Positions 17,900 to 26,810 of a stretch of 31,117 nucleotides of DNA are shown here, piece by piece. Source of the DNA: Micropepsaceae bacterium. GTDB taxonomy: Bacteria > Pseudomonadota > Alphaproteobacteria > Micropepsales > Micropepsaceae. Within the stretch, counting starts at the first letter, position 1. The number at the start of each line of letters is the position of its first letter. The DNA is taken from NCBI GenBank assembly GCA_025450355.1, contig JANWHR010000157.1, positions 1-31,117 of the forward strand, in the 5' to 3' direction. The notes below the pieces were generated by a model. It had not been told where the DNA came from. It worked only from the letters and a program-made list of their open reading frames with translations, and did no database searches. A program made the position numbers and the translations under genes.

Positions 17900-20722
17900 G
17901 TGAATCCGTTGCAGAAATTGCATGACTGCGGTCAATCTTTCTGGCTCGATTTTCTGGCGCGGCGGTTCATTGCCGACGGCAGCCTCAAGCGTCTGGTGGA
18001 CGAAGATGGTCTGTCGGGAATTACCTCAAATCCGACGATCTTCCGGAAAGCCATCACCTCGGGCACGGATTATGATCAATCGATCGATTCCGTGCTCGCG
18101 CAATCCGATTGTGACGCCATGGAATTGTATGAGCGCGTCGCAGTCGAGGATATCCGAAGTGCAGCCGATGTCTTGTTGCCGTTGTACAGCAGCCTGGGTG
18201 GAGCAGACGGCTTTGTCAGCCTGGAAGTATCGCCCTACCTTGCGCTCGACACCAATGCGACGATCGTGGAAGCACGCCGGCTCTGGAAGGAAGTCGCCCG
18301 CCCGAACATCATGATCAAAGTGCCGGGGACGCAGGCGGGACTTCCCGCGATCCGGCAGCTTTTGGCCGAGGGAATCAACGTCAATATCACGCTTCTGTTT
18401 GGCCGGCAGGTTTATCGTCAGGTCGCCGAAGCCTGGCTCGCGGCGCTCGAACAGTTCACCGCAGCAGGTGGCGATCCCCGTCGCCTCGCCAGTGTCGCAA
18501 GTTTTTTCGTCAGCCGGATCGATACGGCGGTCGATAAACTGATCGAGCAAAAGATCAAGGAAGATGCCGGACGCCCATCGCGCATTTCGGAACTGCGCGG
18601 GAAGATTGCAATCGCCAACGCGAAGCTTGCGTATCAGGACTACAGGCAATTGTTCTCCGGGCCGCGCTGGCAGCGTCTGGCCGAACGCGGCGCGCGTGTG
18701 CAGAGACTCTTGTGGGCAAGCACGAGTACGAAGAATCCCGCCTATCGCGATGTGCTCTATATCGAGGAGTTGATCGGCCCAGACACGGTCAACACGATGC
18801 CGCAGGAAACCATCGAGGCATTCCGCGATCATGGCAAAGCGGTGCAGACGCTTTAGCAGAACGTTCCGGACGCGCAGCGAATGCTGGATGAATTGGAGCG
18901 TTCCGGAATTTCGCTCGACGCAGTCACCACAAAACTCACCAGCGACGGTGTGCAGTCATTTGCTGATTCTTTTGATGAGCTTCTGGCCGGAGTGCAAGAG
19001 CGGCGGATTCAGACGCTTGGAAGCGCGCTCAATCGTTATTCCGCGAAGCTGGACGGGGATTCCGCTCAGGCTGTGCAGCGGGTGCTCGATGACTGGCGCA
19101 AGGGCGGGAAAATTCGCCGCCTGTGGAACGCCGATGCATCGCTTTGGACCGGTGCGGACGAGAGCAAATGGCTCGGCTGGTTGGATGCGAGCACTGACAG
19201 CAAAGCGCAACTGCCCGAAATTGGCGAGGTTGCGGCAGACCTTCGGAAGCAGGGCGTCAAAGACGCGGTGCTGCTCGGCATGGGCGGCTCGAGTCTGGGC
19301 GCGGAAGTGTTCGCCCGTGTCTTCGAAGCACAGCGGGATTGGCCCCGGCTACATATTCTCGATTCAACCAATCCGGAGGCAATCCGGAGTCTGGAATCGG
19401 CGATCGATCTGTCCAGGACGGCGTTCATCGTTTCCAGCAAATCGGGAACGACGCTCGAACCCAATATCCTGCGGGATTACTTTCTCGATCGGGTCCAGTC
19501 GTTGATCCGGGAAAAAGCGGCTTCACGCTTTCTCGCCATCTCCGATCCCGGCTCGAGTCTGGTTCGTGCGGCGCAGGAGCAGGGATTCCGCCACACATTC
19601 TTGGGCAATCCGCAAATCGGCGGAAGGTATTCAGTGCTCTCCGTCTTTGGGCTTGTACCCGCTGCGATCATGGGCGTGGATGTCGCGGCGCTGCTCCGAT
19701 CCACGGAAAAGATGGTGCGGTCCTGTAGCGCCAACGTGCCGGCCGAACAAAATCCTGGCGTTTTGTTGGGCGCTGCACTGGGCGCCCTTGCGATGCGTGG
19801 CCGCAACAAGGTCACGATTGTGGCTTCGCCCCAAATCGCCGCATTTGGCGGGTGGCTGGAACAACTGATCGCTGAGTCGACAGGAAAGGAGGGCAGGGGC
19901 TTTATTCCGGTGGATGGCGAACCCCTGGGCGCGCCGGACGTGTACGGCCGTGACAGGATCTTCGTCTATTTGCGCCTCGACCGTGATTTCGATGGCGAAC
20001 AGGATCGCGCCATGGCCGCGCTCGAAGGCGCGGGCCAGCCGGTCCTGAGGTTCGCAATCGGCGGCATTTACGATCTCGGGCAGGAATTCTTCCGTTGGGA
20101 GTTGGCGACCGCCGTGGCCGGTTCGGTCATCGGGATCAATCCTTTCAATCAGCCTGATGTGGAAGCGAGCAAGGTCAAAACGCGCGCGCTGATGCAGGCG
20201 GGTAACGCCGCCGGCTCGCCCCTAACGGCAGTTGTGGATGCCGGACCGGTTCAGTTGTTTGCCGGCCCGGGTGGTACATCTCTCAAGCGGGATTCGCTTG
20301 CGTCCGCCCTGCGGTCCTTTTTCGCGGGCGCGCAGCCCGATGATTATTGTGCGCTTCTCGCTTATCTCGAGCCGACGCCCGAAATTTTGGATTCACTCCA
20401 GCGAATCCGGCGCAAAATCCGCGACCGGAAGCATCTTGCAACCTGCGCGGAAATCGGACCGCGCTTTCTGCACTCCACTGGCCAGGCCTATAAGGGTGGT
20501 CCGAACACAGGCCTGGGTGTCGAGATCACGGGTGAGCACGCGCGCGACGTGAATGTGCCTGGACAATCCTACAGTTTCGGCAGGGTGATCGACGCAACGG
20601 CCCAGGGCGATTTCGAAGTGCTGCTGGAGCGCGGGCGCCGCGCCTTGCGTGTCCATTTCCGCCAGGACGCAGCCAGGGGTTTGCAGATTCTGGAGCAGGC
20701 AATTTCTGAAGCTTTGGGCTGA
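17900..20722 (+). pseudogene. tal-pgi: Bifunctional transaldolase/glucose-6-phosphate isomerase interrupted by one in-frame TAG at 18854-18856 (nonsense allele, readthrough or base-call error)
   Basis: ORFs ending 18856 and starting 18881 share a frame: ...FRDHGKAVQTL*QNVPDAQRMLDELERSGISLDAV. Tal motifs GITSNPTIF, MIKVPGT, SFFVSRID, LWASTSTKNP. Pgi motifs LGMGGSSLG, SSKSGTTLE, IGGRYSVLS, EQLIAESTGK, FNQPDVE. Confidence 0.9.
18863..18909 (+). other. Potential extended RNA stem-loop starting 6 nt after the tal-pgi internal TAG
   Basis: GTTCCGGA-CGC (18863-18873) can pair with GCG-T-TCCGGAAT (18898-18909): 11 bp including one G.U, with one bulge. Inner CAGC/GCTG hairpin at 18875-18886. Not computed thermodynamically. 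Confidence 0.4.
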
Positions 20723-20738
20723 GTTGGCGAGGTCCGAA

Positions 20739-21716
20739 ATGCAGCTTGGGATCATTGGTTTGGGACGCATGGGCGGCAACATCGCCCGCCGGCTGATGGC
20801 ACACGGCCATAGCTGCGTTGTCTTCGACACCAAAGCCGCCGCGGTCGGCGAATTGGCCAAAGAAGGGGCTGCTGGCGCAAGTGATCTGCGCAATCTGGTG
20901 CTTCAGTTACAGCAGCCAAGGGCGCTGTGGGTCATGCTGCCGGCGGGCGAGATTACCGAAAGAACCATCCACGAGCTCTCCGGCCTGTTACAGTCCGGCG
21001 ATATCGTGATCGATGGCGGAAATTCCTATTACCGTGATGACATCCGCCGCGCGCAGATGTTGCAGCAGAAAGGCATCCATTTCGTTGATGCGGGCACGAG
21101 CGGTGGCGTTTGGGGGCTGGAGCGCGGCTACTGCCTGATGATCGGCGGTGAGCACGGACCGGTCCAACATCTTGATCCGGTCTTTGCCGCGCTGGCGCCG
21201 GGCAAGTCCGGAATTCCGCCGGCGGAGGGACGTGCGCCCGGTGGCACCGCGGAGCTCGGCTATCTGCATTGCGGGCCCGCCGGGGCTGGTCATTTCGTGA
21301 AGATGATCCACAACGGAATCGAATATGGCTTGATGGAAGCCTATGCCGAAGGCTTTGACATTCTTCGCCATGCCACGTCGGCCGCGCATGAGGAAGAACG
21401 CTACCGGCTCGACCTTCCCGAAATCGCCGAATTGTGGCGCCGTGGCAGCGTGATTTCATCCTGGCTGCTTGACCTGACCGCTTCGGCTCTCGCGGAGGAT
21501 CCGGAGCTCTCGCGCTTTACCGGCTATGTCGAAGATTCCGGAGAAGGACGCTGGACGCTCATGAGCGCGATCGAAACCGGCGTGCCGGCCGATGTGCTGT
21601 CGTCGGCCCTTTACGCAAGGTTGCGTTCGCGCGGCGAAGCGCTGTTTGCGGACAAGCTGCTTTCAGCCATGCGGCATGAGTTCGGCGGGCATATCGAGCC
21701 AAAACATGACGGATGA
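20739..21716 (+). CDS. gnd: 6-phosphogluconate dehydrogenase, decarboxylating (short YqeC/GntZ type)
   Basis: MQLGIIGLGRMGGN, WVMLPAG, IDGGNS, DAGTSGGVWGLERGYCLMIGG, GHFVKMIHNGIEYG, DSGEGRW. ATG 20739 with SD GAGG. Confidence 0.95.
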   Translation: MQLGIIGLGRMGGNIARRLMAHGHSCVVFDTKAAAVGELAKEGAAGASDLRNLVLQLQQPRALWVMLPAGEITERTIHELSGLLQSGDIVIDGGNSYYRDDIRRAQMLQQKGIHFVDAGTSGGVWGLERGYCLMIGGEHGPVQHLDPVFAALAPGKSGIPPAEGRAPGGTAELGYLHCGPAGAGHFVKMIHNGIEYGLMEAYAEGFDILRHATSAAHEEERYRLDLPEIAELWRRGSVISSWLLDLTASALAEDPELSRFTGYVEDSGEGRWTLMSAIETGVPADVLSSALYARLRSRGEALFADKLLSAMRHEFGGHIEPKHDG

Positions 21717-23241
21717 ACAGAAGCTAAATCCTGCCGGGCCATGTATTCTGGTTATTTTCGGCGCTTCCGGCGATCTCACGAAGCGCCTGCTCATTCCCTC
21801 ACTGTATCATCTGAAACGCGCGGGGCTGCTGCCCGAAGCCTTCGCAATCGCCGGCGTTGCACGCACCAACGAGACGTCCGAAGCATTCCGCGAGGCGCTG
21901 CACGCGTCGCTTCAGCAAATCGCAGAAGAACCGCTCGACGGTTCTGCCTGGGACTGGTTGGCATCGCGCATCCGCTATCTTCCAGGTGATCTCGACAATC
22001 CGCAAACTTATGAACGTCTGTCGGCATTGCTCAAGGAGATCGACGGCACATCGGGAACGGCTGGCAATTATCTTTTTTATTTCGCCATCCCTGCCGCTGC
22101 GTTCGAAAATGTCGCGAAGCGGCTCGGCGCCGCCGGGCTGGTGAACGAGACTCCGGGACACTGGCGGAGAATCGTGATCGAAAAGCCGTTCGGCACGGAT
22201 CTGCCATCGGCGCGGGAACTCAATCGCGTTTTGTGGCAGCACTTCCAGGAAGACCAGATTTTCCGGATCGACCATTACCTGGGCAAGGAGACGGTGCAGA
22301 ACATCATGGTTCTGCGCTTCGCCAATGGTTTGCTCGAGCCGATCTGGAATCGCAATCACATCGATCATGTGCAGATCACCGTGGCGGAGTCGATTGGCGT
22401 GGAAAAGCGCGGCAGTTTTTACGACGCAACGGGCGCGCTCCGCGACATGGTTCCCAACCATCTGTTTCAGCTTTTGACCCTGGTCGCGATGGAACCACCG
22501 GCGTGTTTTGAGGCGAACGCAACTCGCAATGAAAAGGGAAAGGTGCTGGAATCGATCCGCAGCATGACACCCGAATCCGTAAAATCAGACGTCGTGCGCG
22601 CGCAGTATTCGACGGGAAATGTGAACGGCCAAGCTTTTCGCGCGTATTGGCAGGAGCCGCACGTCAGCCCCGTAACCTCCACCGAGACTTACGTGGCGTT
22701 GCGCCTGATGATCGAGAATTGGCGCTGGGCAGGTGTGCCTTTTTATTTGCGGACAGGAAAGGCGCTCGCCGTGAAAAAAAGCGAAGTCATCGTGCGGTTC
22801 AAGCACGCGCCGTTTACTCTTTTCCAGGACACGCCGGTCGAGCAGCTCACGCCAAATGATCTGGCGCTGATGATTCAGCCGGATGAGGGGGCCAATCTTC
22901 GCTTTAATGCCAAGGTTCCCGGTCCGGTCATGCGCATCGGTGCCGTCGAAATGAAATTCAACTACGGTCAATATTTCAAAACTCAGGCGAGCACGGGATA
23001 TGAAACGCTGCTTTACGATTGCATGATCGCGGACGCGAGCCTCTTCCAGCGTGCCGACAATATCGAATCTGCGTGGCGCATCATCCAGCCGGTCCTTGAT
23101 GACTGGAGCACGCCGGGCAGGGACAAACTACCGGTTTATGCTGCGGGATCGGAAGGCCCTGCCGAAGCAGACAAACTGCTCCAGCGCGATGGCCGGACCT
23201 GGCGCCGGCTCGCGCCAAAGCACGAACCTGAAACATCATAG
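21706..23241 (+). CDS. zwf: Glucose-6-phosphate 1-dehydrogenase
   Basis: IFGASGDLTKR, IEKPFG, FRIDHYLGKETVQN, GALRDMVPNH, RWAGVPFYLRTGK. ATG 21706 overlaps the gnd end. Ends in TAG. Confidence 0.97.
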   Translation: MTDEQKLNPAGPCILVIFGASGDLTKRLLIPSLYHLKRAGLLPEAFAIAGVARTNETSEAFREALHASLQQIAEEPLDGSAWDWLASRIRYLPGDLDNPQTYERLSALLKEIDGTSGTAGNYLFYFAIPAAAFENVAKRLGAAGLVNETPGHWRRIVIEKPFGTDLPSARELNRVLWQHFQEDQIFRIDHYLGKETVQNIMVLRFANGLLEPIWNRNHIDHVQITVAESIGVEKRGSFYDATGALRDMVPNHLFQLLTLVAMEPPACFEANATRNEKGKVLESIRSMTPESVKSDVVRAQYSTGNVNGQAFRAYWQEPHVSPVTSTETYVALRLMIENWRWAGVPFYLRTGKALAVKKSEVIVRFKHAPFTLFQDTPVEQLTPNDLALMIQPDEGANLRFNAKVPGPVMRIGAVEMKFNYGQYFKTQASTGYETLLYDCMIADASLFQRADNIESAWRIIQPVLDDWSTPGRDKLPVYAAGSEGPAEADKLLQRDGRTWRRLAPKHEPETS

Positions 23242-23269
23242 ACCTGCGCCAATGGTCCATGGTCCCGAA

Positions 23270-24514
23270 ATGGCTGAACCGCGGTCCCGGTTGAATCTGC
23301 GGCAGCGTTACGGGAACATCCGCACTCTGAGCGAGGCGCTTGCTGCTCCACTCAGCCGCGAGGATCAATGCGTCCAATCAATGCCGGATGCCAGCCCCAC
23401 GAAGTGGCACCTCGCCCACGTTACGTGGTTCTTCGAAACGCTCGTGCTGATGCGCCATGCAGCGCATTACGACGCCTATGACCGGCGTTATCATTACCTG
23501 TTCAATTCGTATTACGAAGTGTTCGGAAGCCGGCATGCGCGACAGCAACGCGGTCTGCTGACCAGGCCGTCAGGCGGCGAAATCCTGCGCTATCGCCGTC
23601 ATGTTGACAAAGCAATGTACCGGTTGCTCGATGCAACTCCTGCGCCCGGCGTGGCCTGGATTGTTGAACTTGGACTGCAACATGAGCAGCAGCATCAGGA
23701 ATTGATCCTGACGGATATCAAGCACGCGTTTGGACTCAATCCGCTCTTTCCGCAATATGCCAAAGCTGACGATGCGCCGGCTGTTGAATCCGCGGCGCTC
23801 TCATGGCTTCATTATTCAGGCGGTATTTACCGGATCGGCAGTGCCGGCGCCGGCTTCGCCTTTGACAATGAGCAGCCACGTCATCCTGTTGTGCTGGCTC
23901 CCTTCAGACTTGCGACGCGGCTTGTGACATGCGGAGAGTATCTGGCATTCATTCGGGATGGCGGGTACCGTCGTCCTGAATTATGGCTGTCCGACGGCTG
24001 GAACTTCGTTCAGTCGCAGGCCGTTCACTGCCCGCTCTATTGGATCGGGCAAGAGGGCGAATGGCAGATTTTCACATTGCATGGCGTCAGTCCACTCCGG
24101 GCCGCTGAACCGGTCGTTCATGTCAGTTTCTATGAGGCGGACGCCTATGCCCGCTGGCGCGGAAAGCGCCTGCCGACGGAATTCGAATGGGAAGCAGCCA
24201 CCGCGAATGAGCCAGTCGAGGGCAATCTGCTCGACTTGACCCGGTGTCATCCCCGCGCTGCGGATGAAGGCGAACGGCAATTCTTCGGCGATGCCTGGGA
24301 GTGGACCCGTTCGGCCTACGAGCCCTATCCGGGATTCAAACCGTGGGACGGCATTGCATCCGAATACAACGGCAAATTTATGTGTAGCCAGATGGTGCTC
24401 CGCGGTGGGTCCTGCGTTACGCCTGCCGCGCACATTCGGGCGAGTTACCGCAATTTTTTCCCCCCCTCGGCGCGCTGGCAATTTTCCGGAATCCGGCTCG
24501 CGGAGGATGCTTGA
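23270..24514 (+). CDS. egtB: Ergothioneine biosynthesis sulfoxide synthase
   Basis: QSMPDASPTKWHLAHVTWFFE, YLFNSYYE, HEQQHQE (Fe ligands), FGE-sulfatase-like domain RLPTEFEWE, EYNGKFM, RASYRNFF. Start 23270 or 23252. Confidence 0.93.
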   Translation: MAEPRSRLNLRQRYGNIRTLSEALAAPLSREDQCVQSMPDASPTKWHLAHVTWFFETLVLMRHAAHYDAYDRRYHYLFNSYYEVFGSRHARQQRGLLTRPSGGEILRYRRHVDKAMYRLLDATPAPGVAWIVELGLQHEQQHQELILTDIKHAFGLNPLFPQYAKADDAPAVESAALSWLHYSGGIYRIGSAGAGFAFDNEQPRHPVVLAPFRLATRLVTCGEYLAFIRDGGYRRPELWLSDGWNFVQSQAVHCPLYWIGQEGEWQIFTLHGVSPLRAAEPVVHVSFYEADAYARWRGKRLPTEFEWEAATANEPVEGNLLDLTRCHPRAADEGERQFFGDAWEWTRSAYEPYPGFKPWDGIASEYNGKFMCSQMVLRGGSCVTPAAHIRASYRNFFPPSARWQFSGIRLAEDA

Positions 24515-25470
24515 AATCTGCGGCGAAACGCACTGCTACGATGATCGATTCTGCCACTGAGGATTTCACGGACGCCCTGCTCGAAGGCCTCCGTACGGCG
24601 CCGAAGTCAATCCCGTGCAAGTATTTGTACGACGAAGCCGGCGCCCGGCTATTTGACCAGATTTGCATGCTTCCGGAATATTACCCGGCGCGCACGGAAA
24701 CTTCTTTGCTGCGCGCGCACGCGGCAGAAATCGCGGCGCTTGGTGGCGCCGGCGTCGAAATCATGGAATTTGGCGCGGGCTGTGGCGAGAAAATCCGTAT
24801 CCTGCTCGACGCAATGGACCGGCCGCGTGCATACATTCCGGTCGATATTGCGGAAACCTGGCTCAGAACCGCAGTCAAACGGTTGGCGCGTCATTATCCC
24901 GAACTGCGAATTTATCCAACTGTCGGCGATTTCGCCTCGCCCTTGCCCTGGCCCACACGCTCGGATCACCGCCGTATCGGGTTTTTTCCGGGTTCCACGA
25001 TCGGTAACTTCACTCCTGCAGGGGCACGCCAATTCCTTGTGGGCCTGGCCGGCATCTTGCACGGCGGCGCTCTTCTGATCGGCGTCGATCTTGTCAAGGA
25101 TCCCGCGATATTGCACGCTGCATATAACGACGCGGCGGGGATAACCGCGGCATTCAATTGCAATCTGCTTGCGCGCGCCAATCGTGAGTTGAACGCCTAT
25201 TTTGATCTCACGGGCTTTTCACATTATGCATTCTACAACGCGCGGGAACATCGCATCGAAATGCATCTGGTCAGCAGGAAGGCGCAACTCGCTGCGATTT
25301 CCGGCAACGCAATCACTTTTGCAGAAGGTGAAACAGTGATTACCGAATATTCGTACAAATATACGGTAGGGGAGTTTCAGGCACTGGCAGCATCTGCGGG
25401 ATTCAGTCCGCGTCACGTTTGGTGCGATCCGGAACGCCTCTTCAGCGTGCACTGGCTGGGGGCGCCGTAA
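24511..25470 (+). CDS. egtD: L-histidine N-alpha-methyltransferase
   Basis: KSIPCKYLYD, PEYYPARTE, EFGAG, FFPGSTIGNF, GVDLVKD, AYNDAAGITAAFN, RIEMHL. TTGA overlap with egtB; alternative ATG 24541. Confidence 0.95.
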   Translation: MKSAAKRTATMIDSATEDFTDALLEGLRTAPKSIPCKYLYDEAGARLFDQICMLPEYYPARTETSLLRAHAAEIAALGGAGVEIMEFGAGCGEKIRILLDAMDRPRAYIPVDIAETWLRTAVKRLARHYPELRIYPTVGDFASPLPWPTRSDHRRIGFFPGSTIGNFTPAGARQFLVGLAGILHGGALLIGVDLVKDPAILHAAYNDAAGITAAFNCNLLARANRELNAYFDLTGFSHYAFYNAREHRIEMHLVSRKAQLAAISGNAITFAEGETVITEYSYKYTVGEFQALAASAGFSPRHVWCDPERLFSVHWLGAP

Positions 25471-26406
25471 CTAGCCGTTCCAGACGTCACGGAACTGCGT
25501 CGCAACAACGTCGGTGTAATCGGGGTTGCCTTTGAGTATTCCCACGTCGCGCGAGAACTGATTCATTCCGGAAACAAATTCCGGCGAAATTGCCGCGTCG
25601 TACCAGGGCAGGTCGCGTGCAATCAATGGCACGATCAGGGGCGCTTCAGCGGGCGGGAAAAGCCTGTCTCCAACCGCTCTGGCCCGCGATGGATCCGCAC
25701 GCAAAGCTTTCTGTGTTTTGACAAGTGCGCGCACCGCCGCCGTCGCGATTTCCGGTTCGGTTTCGATCAGGCGTGTCGTCGCCGCCAGCGAAGCCATCGT
25801 GTAGTTGAAGCATTCTTTCGGCCCATCGCCACGCCGGACGTCCAGCACGACGGTGCCGGTGCCGCTGCGCACGGCGACCTCGGCGCCCATGCCATTGGCC
25901 CAGAAGCCGTCGATCTTTTGCGCTTCCAGAGCCCGCGCCGCGGTCACGCCGAAATTTACCCCGGCACCCTGCGCGCCAGGCACCGGGGCAATCCGCACAT
26001 CATCCCGGACCTCGACAATGCCCGCCGCGCGCAGCAACTGCCGCAGGCCGAGATCGACCCAGGGCGCCGCGCCGATGCTCCGGCCCTTGACGCAGTTCAC
26101 ATCGCCGCGCCGGCAATTCAGGCGCGAGTGCATCACCAGAAACCAGTACATCCCCTGTCCCTGCGCACACAGAAGCTTCACGCCCCGCCATTCCGGAAAG
26201 GCCGACAGCGCGGAATGTGCCGATCCCCCGACGAAATCCACCGCTCCGTCCCGCATGGCCGCATAGGCCTTATCCACCGGAAAGACCAACTCGACCGACG
26301 CATCGATCCCTTCTTCGCGAAAGAATCCGAGCTCGACCGCCGCCACGGCCGGAAAATAGGAATTCGAAATCAGGTCGGGGATGGCCAGCTTGATCCGGCG
26401 GCTCAT
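25471..26406 (-). CDS. NMT1/THI5-like (NitT/TauT family) substrate-binding-fold protein with no apparent signal peptide
   Basis: IKLAIPD...YFPAVAAVELGFFREEGID, type 2 periplasmic-binding-fold pattern. ATGA overlap with the cupin gene. No permease or ATPase gene in the window. Confidence 0.75.
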   Translation of the reverse strand: MSRRIKLAIPDLISNSYFPAVAAVELGFFREEGIDASVELVFPVDKAYAAMRDGAVDFVGGSAHSALSAFPEWRGVKLLCAQGQGMYWFLVMHSRLNCRRGDVNCVKGRSIGAAPWVDLGLRQLLRAAGIVEVRDDVRIAPVPGAQGAGVNFGVTAARALEAQKIDGFWANGMGAEVAVRSGTGTVVLDVRRGDGPKECFNYTMASLAATTRLIETEPEIATAAVRALVKTQKALRADPSRARAVGDRLFPPAEAPLIVPLIARDLPWYDAAISPEFVSGMNQFSRDVGILKGNPDYTDVVATQFRDVWNG

Positions 26407-26798
26407 GCCCGCTGCATCCTGCTTTCGTCGTAATAGTGGATTTCAAACAGCAAGCAGCCCTTTTCCGATTTGAACGGACCGTGGTGAACGCCGGGCGGCC
26501 GGCAGGCATAGGTGGGACTGAGGAATGGTTCGCCGCCGTTTCCCTGCGCATCATTGCCAACCGTGAGATCGCCGGAAAGCAGATAAACCTCTTCCCAATG
26601 GTCGTGCACGAAGGGTGCGGCGGTAAACACTCCGGCCTCGAATCGAAGCAGGCGTGTGCGGCTGCCGGACTTTCTGAATTCGTCGATGTCGCTCGCGAGA
26701 ATCTTCTGCTTGATTCCTTCCGGGTAACCCTCCGGGGTCGCCCAGCCGGATTTCATGTCGAGTGCAAGAAATTCGATGTGAGGTTTGTTCATGGCCAT
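26403..26798 (-). CDS. Cupin domain protein (ChrR-like/Cupin_7)
   Basis: RTRLLRFEAG, PFVHDHWEEVYLLSGDL, YACRPPGVHHGPF: cupin motifs with His/Glu ligands. Confidence 0.85.
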   Translation of the reverse strand: MAMNKPHIEFLALDMKSGWATPEGYPEGIKQKILASDIDEFRKSGSRTRLLRFEAGVFTAAPFVHDHWEEVYLLSGDLTVGNDAQGNGGEPFLSPTYACRPPGVHHGPFKSEKGCLLFEIHYYDESRMQRA

Positions 26799-26810
26799 GC
26801 GGTCCCCCCT

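Noticed and set aside
23270-24514. EgtB homologue as selenoneine synthase SenA or ovothiol synthase OvoA
   Set aside because: No senB/selD neighbours and no C-terminal methyltransferase domain; the partner gene is egtD.
25471-26406. NMT1-like protein as an ergothioneine importer
   Set aside because: Known EgtU binding domains belong to the quaternary-amine (OpuAC-like) family; this protein has no export signal or permease.
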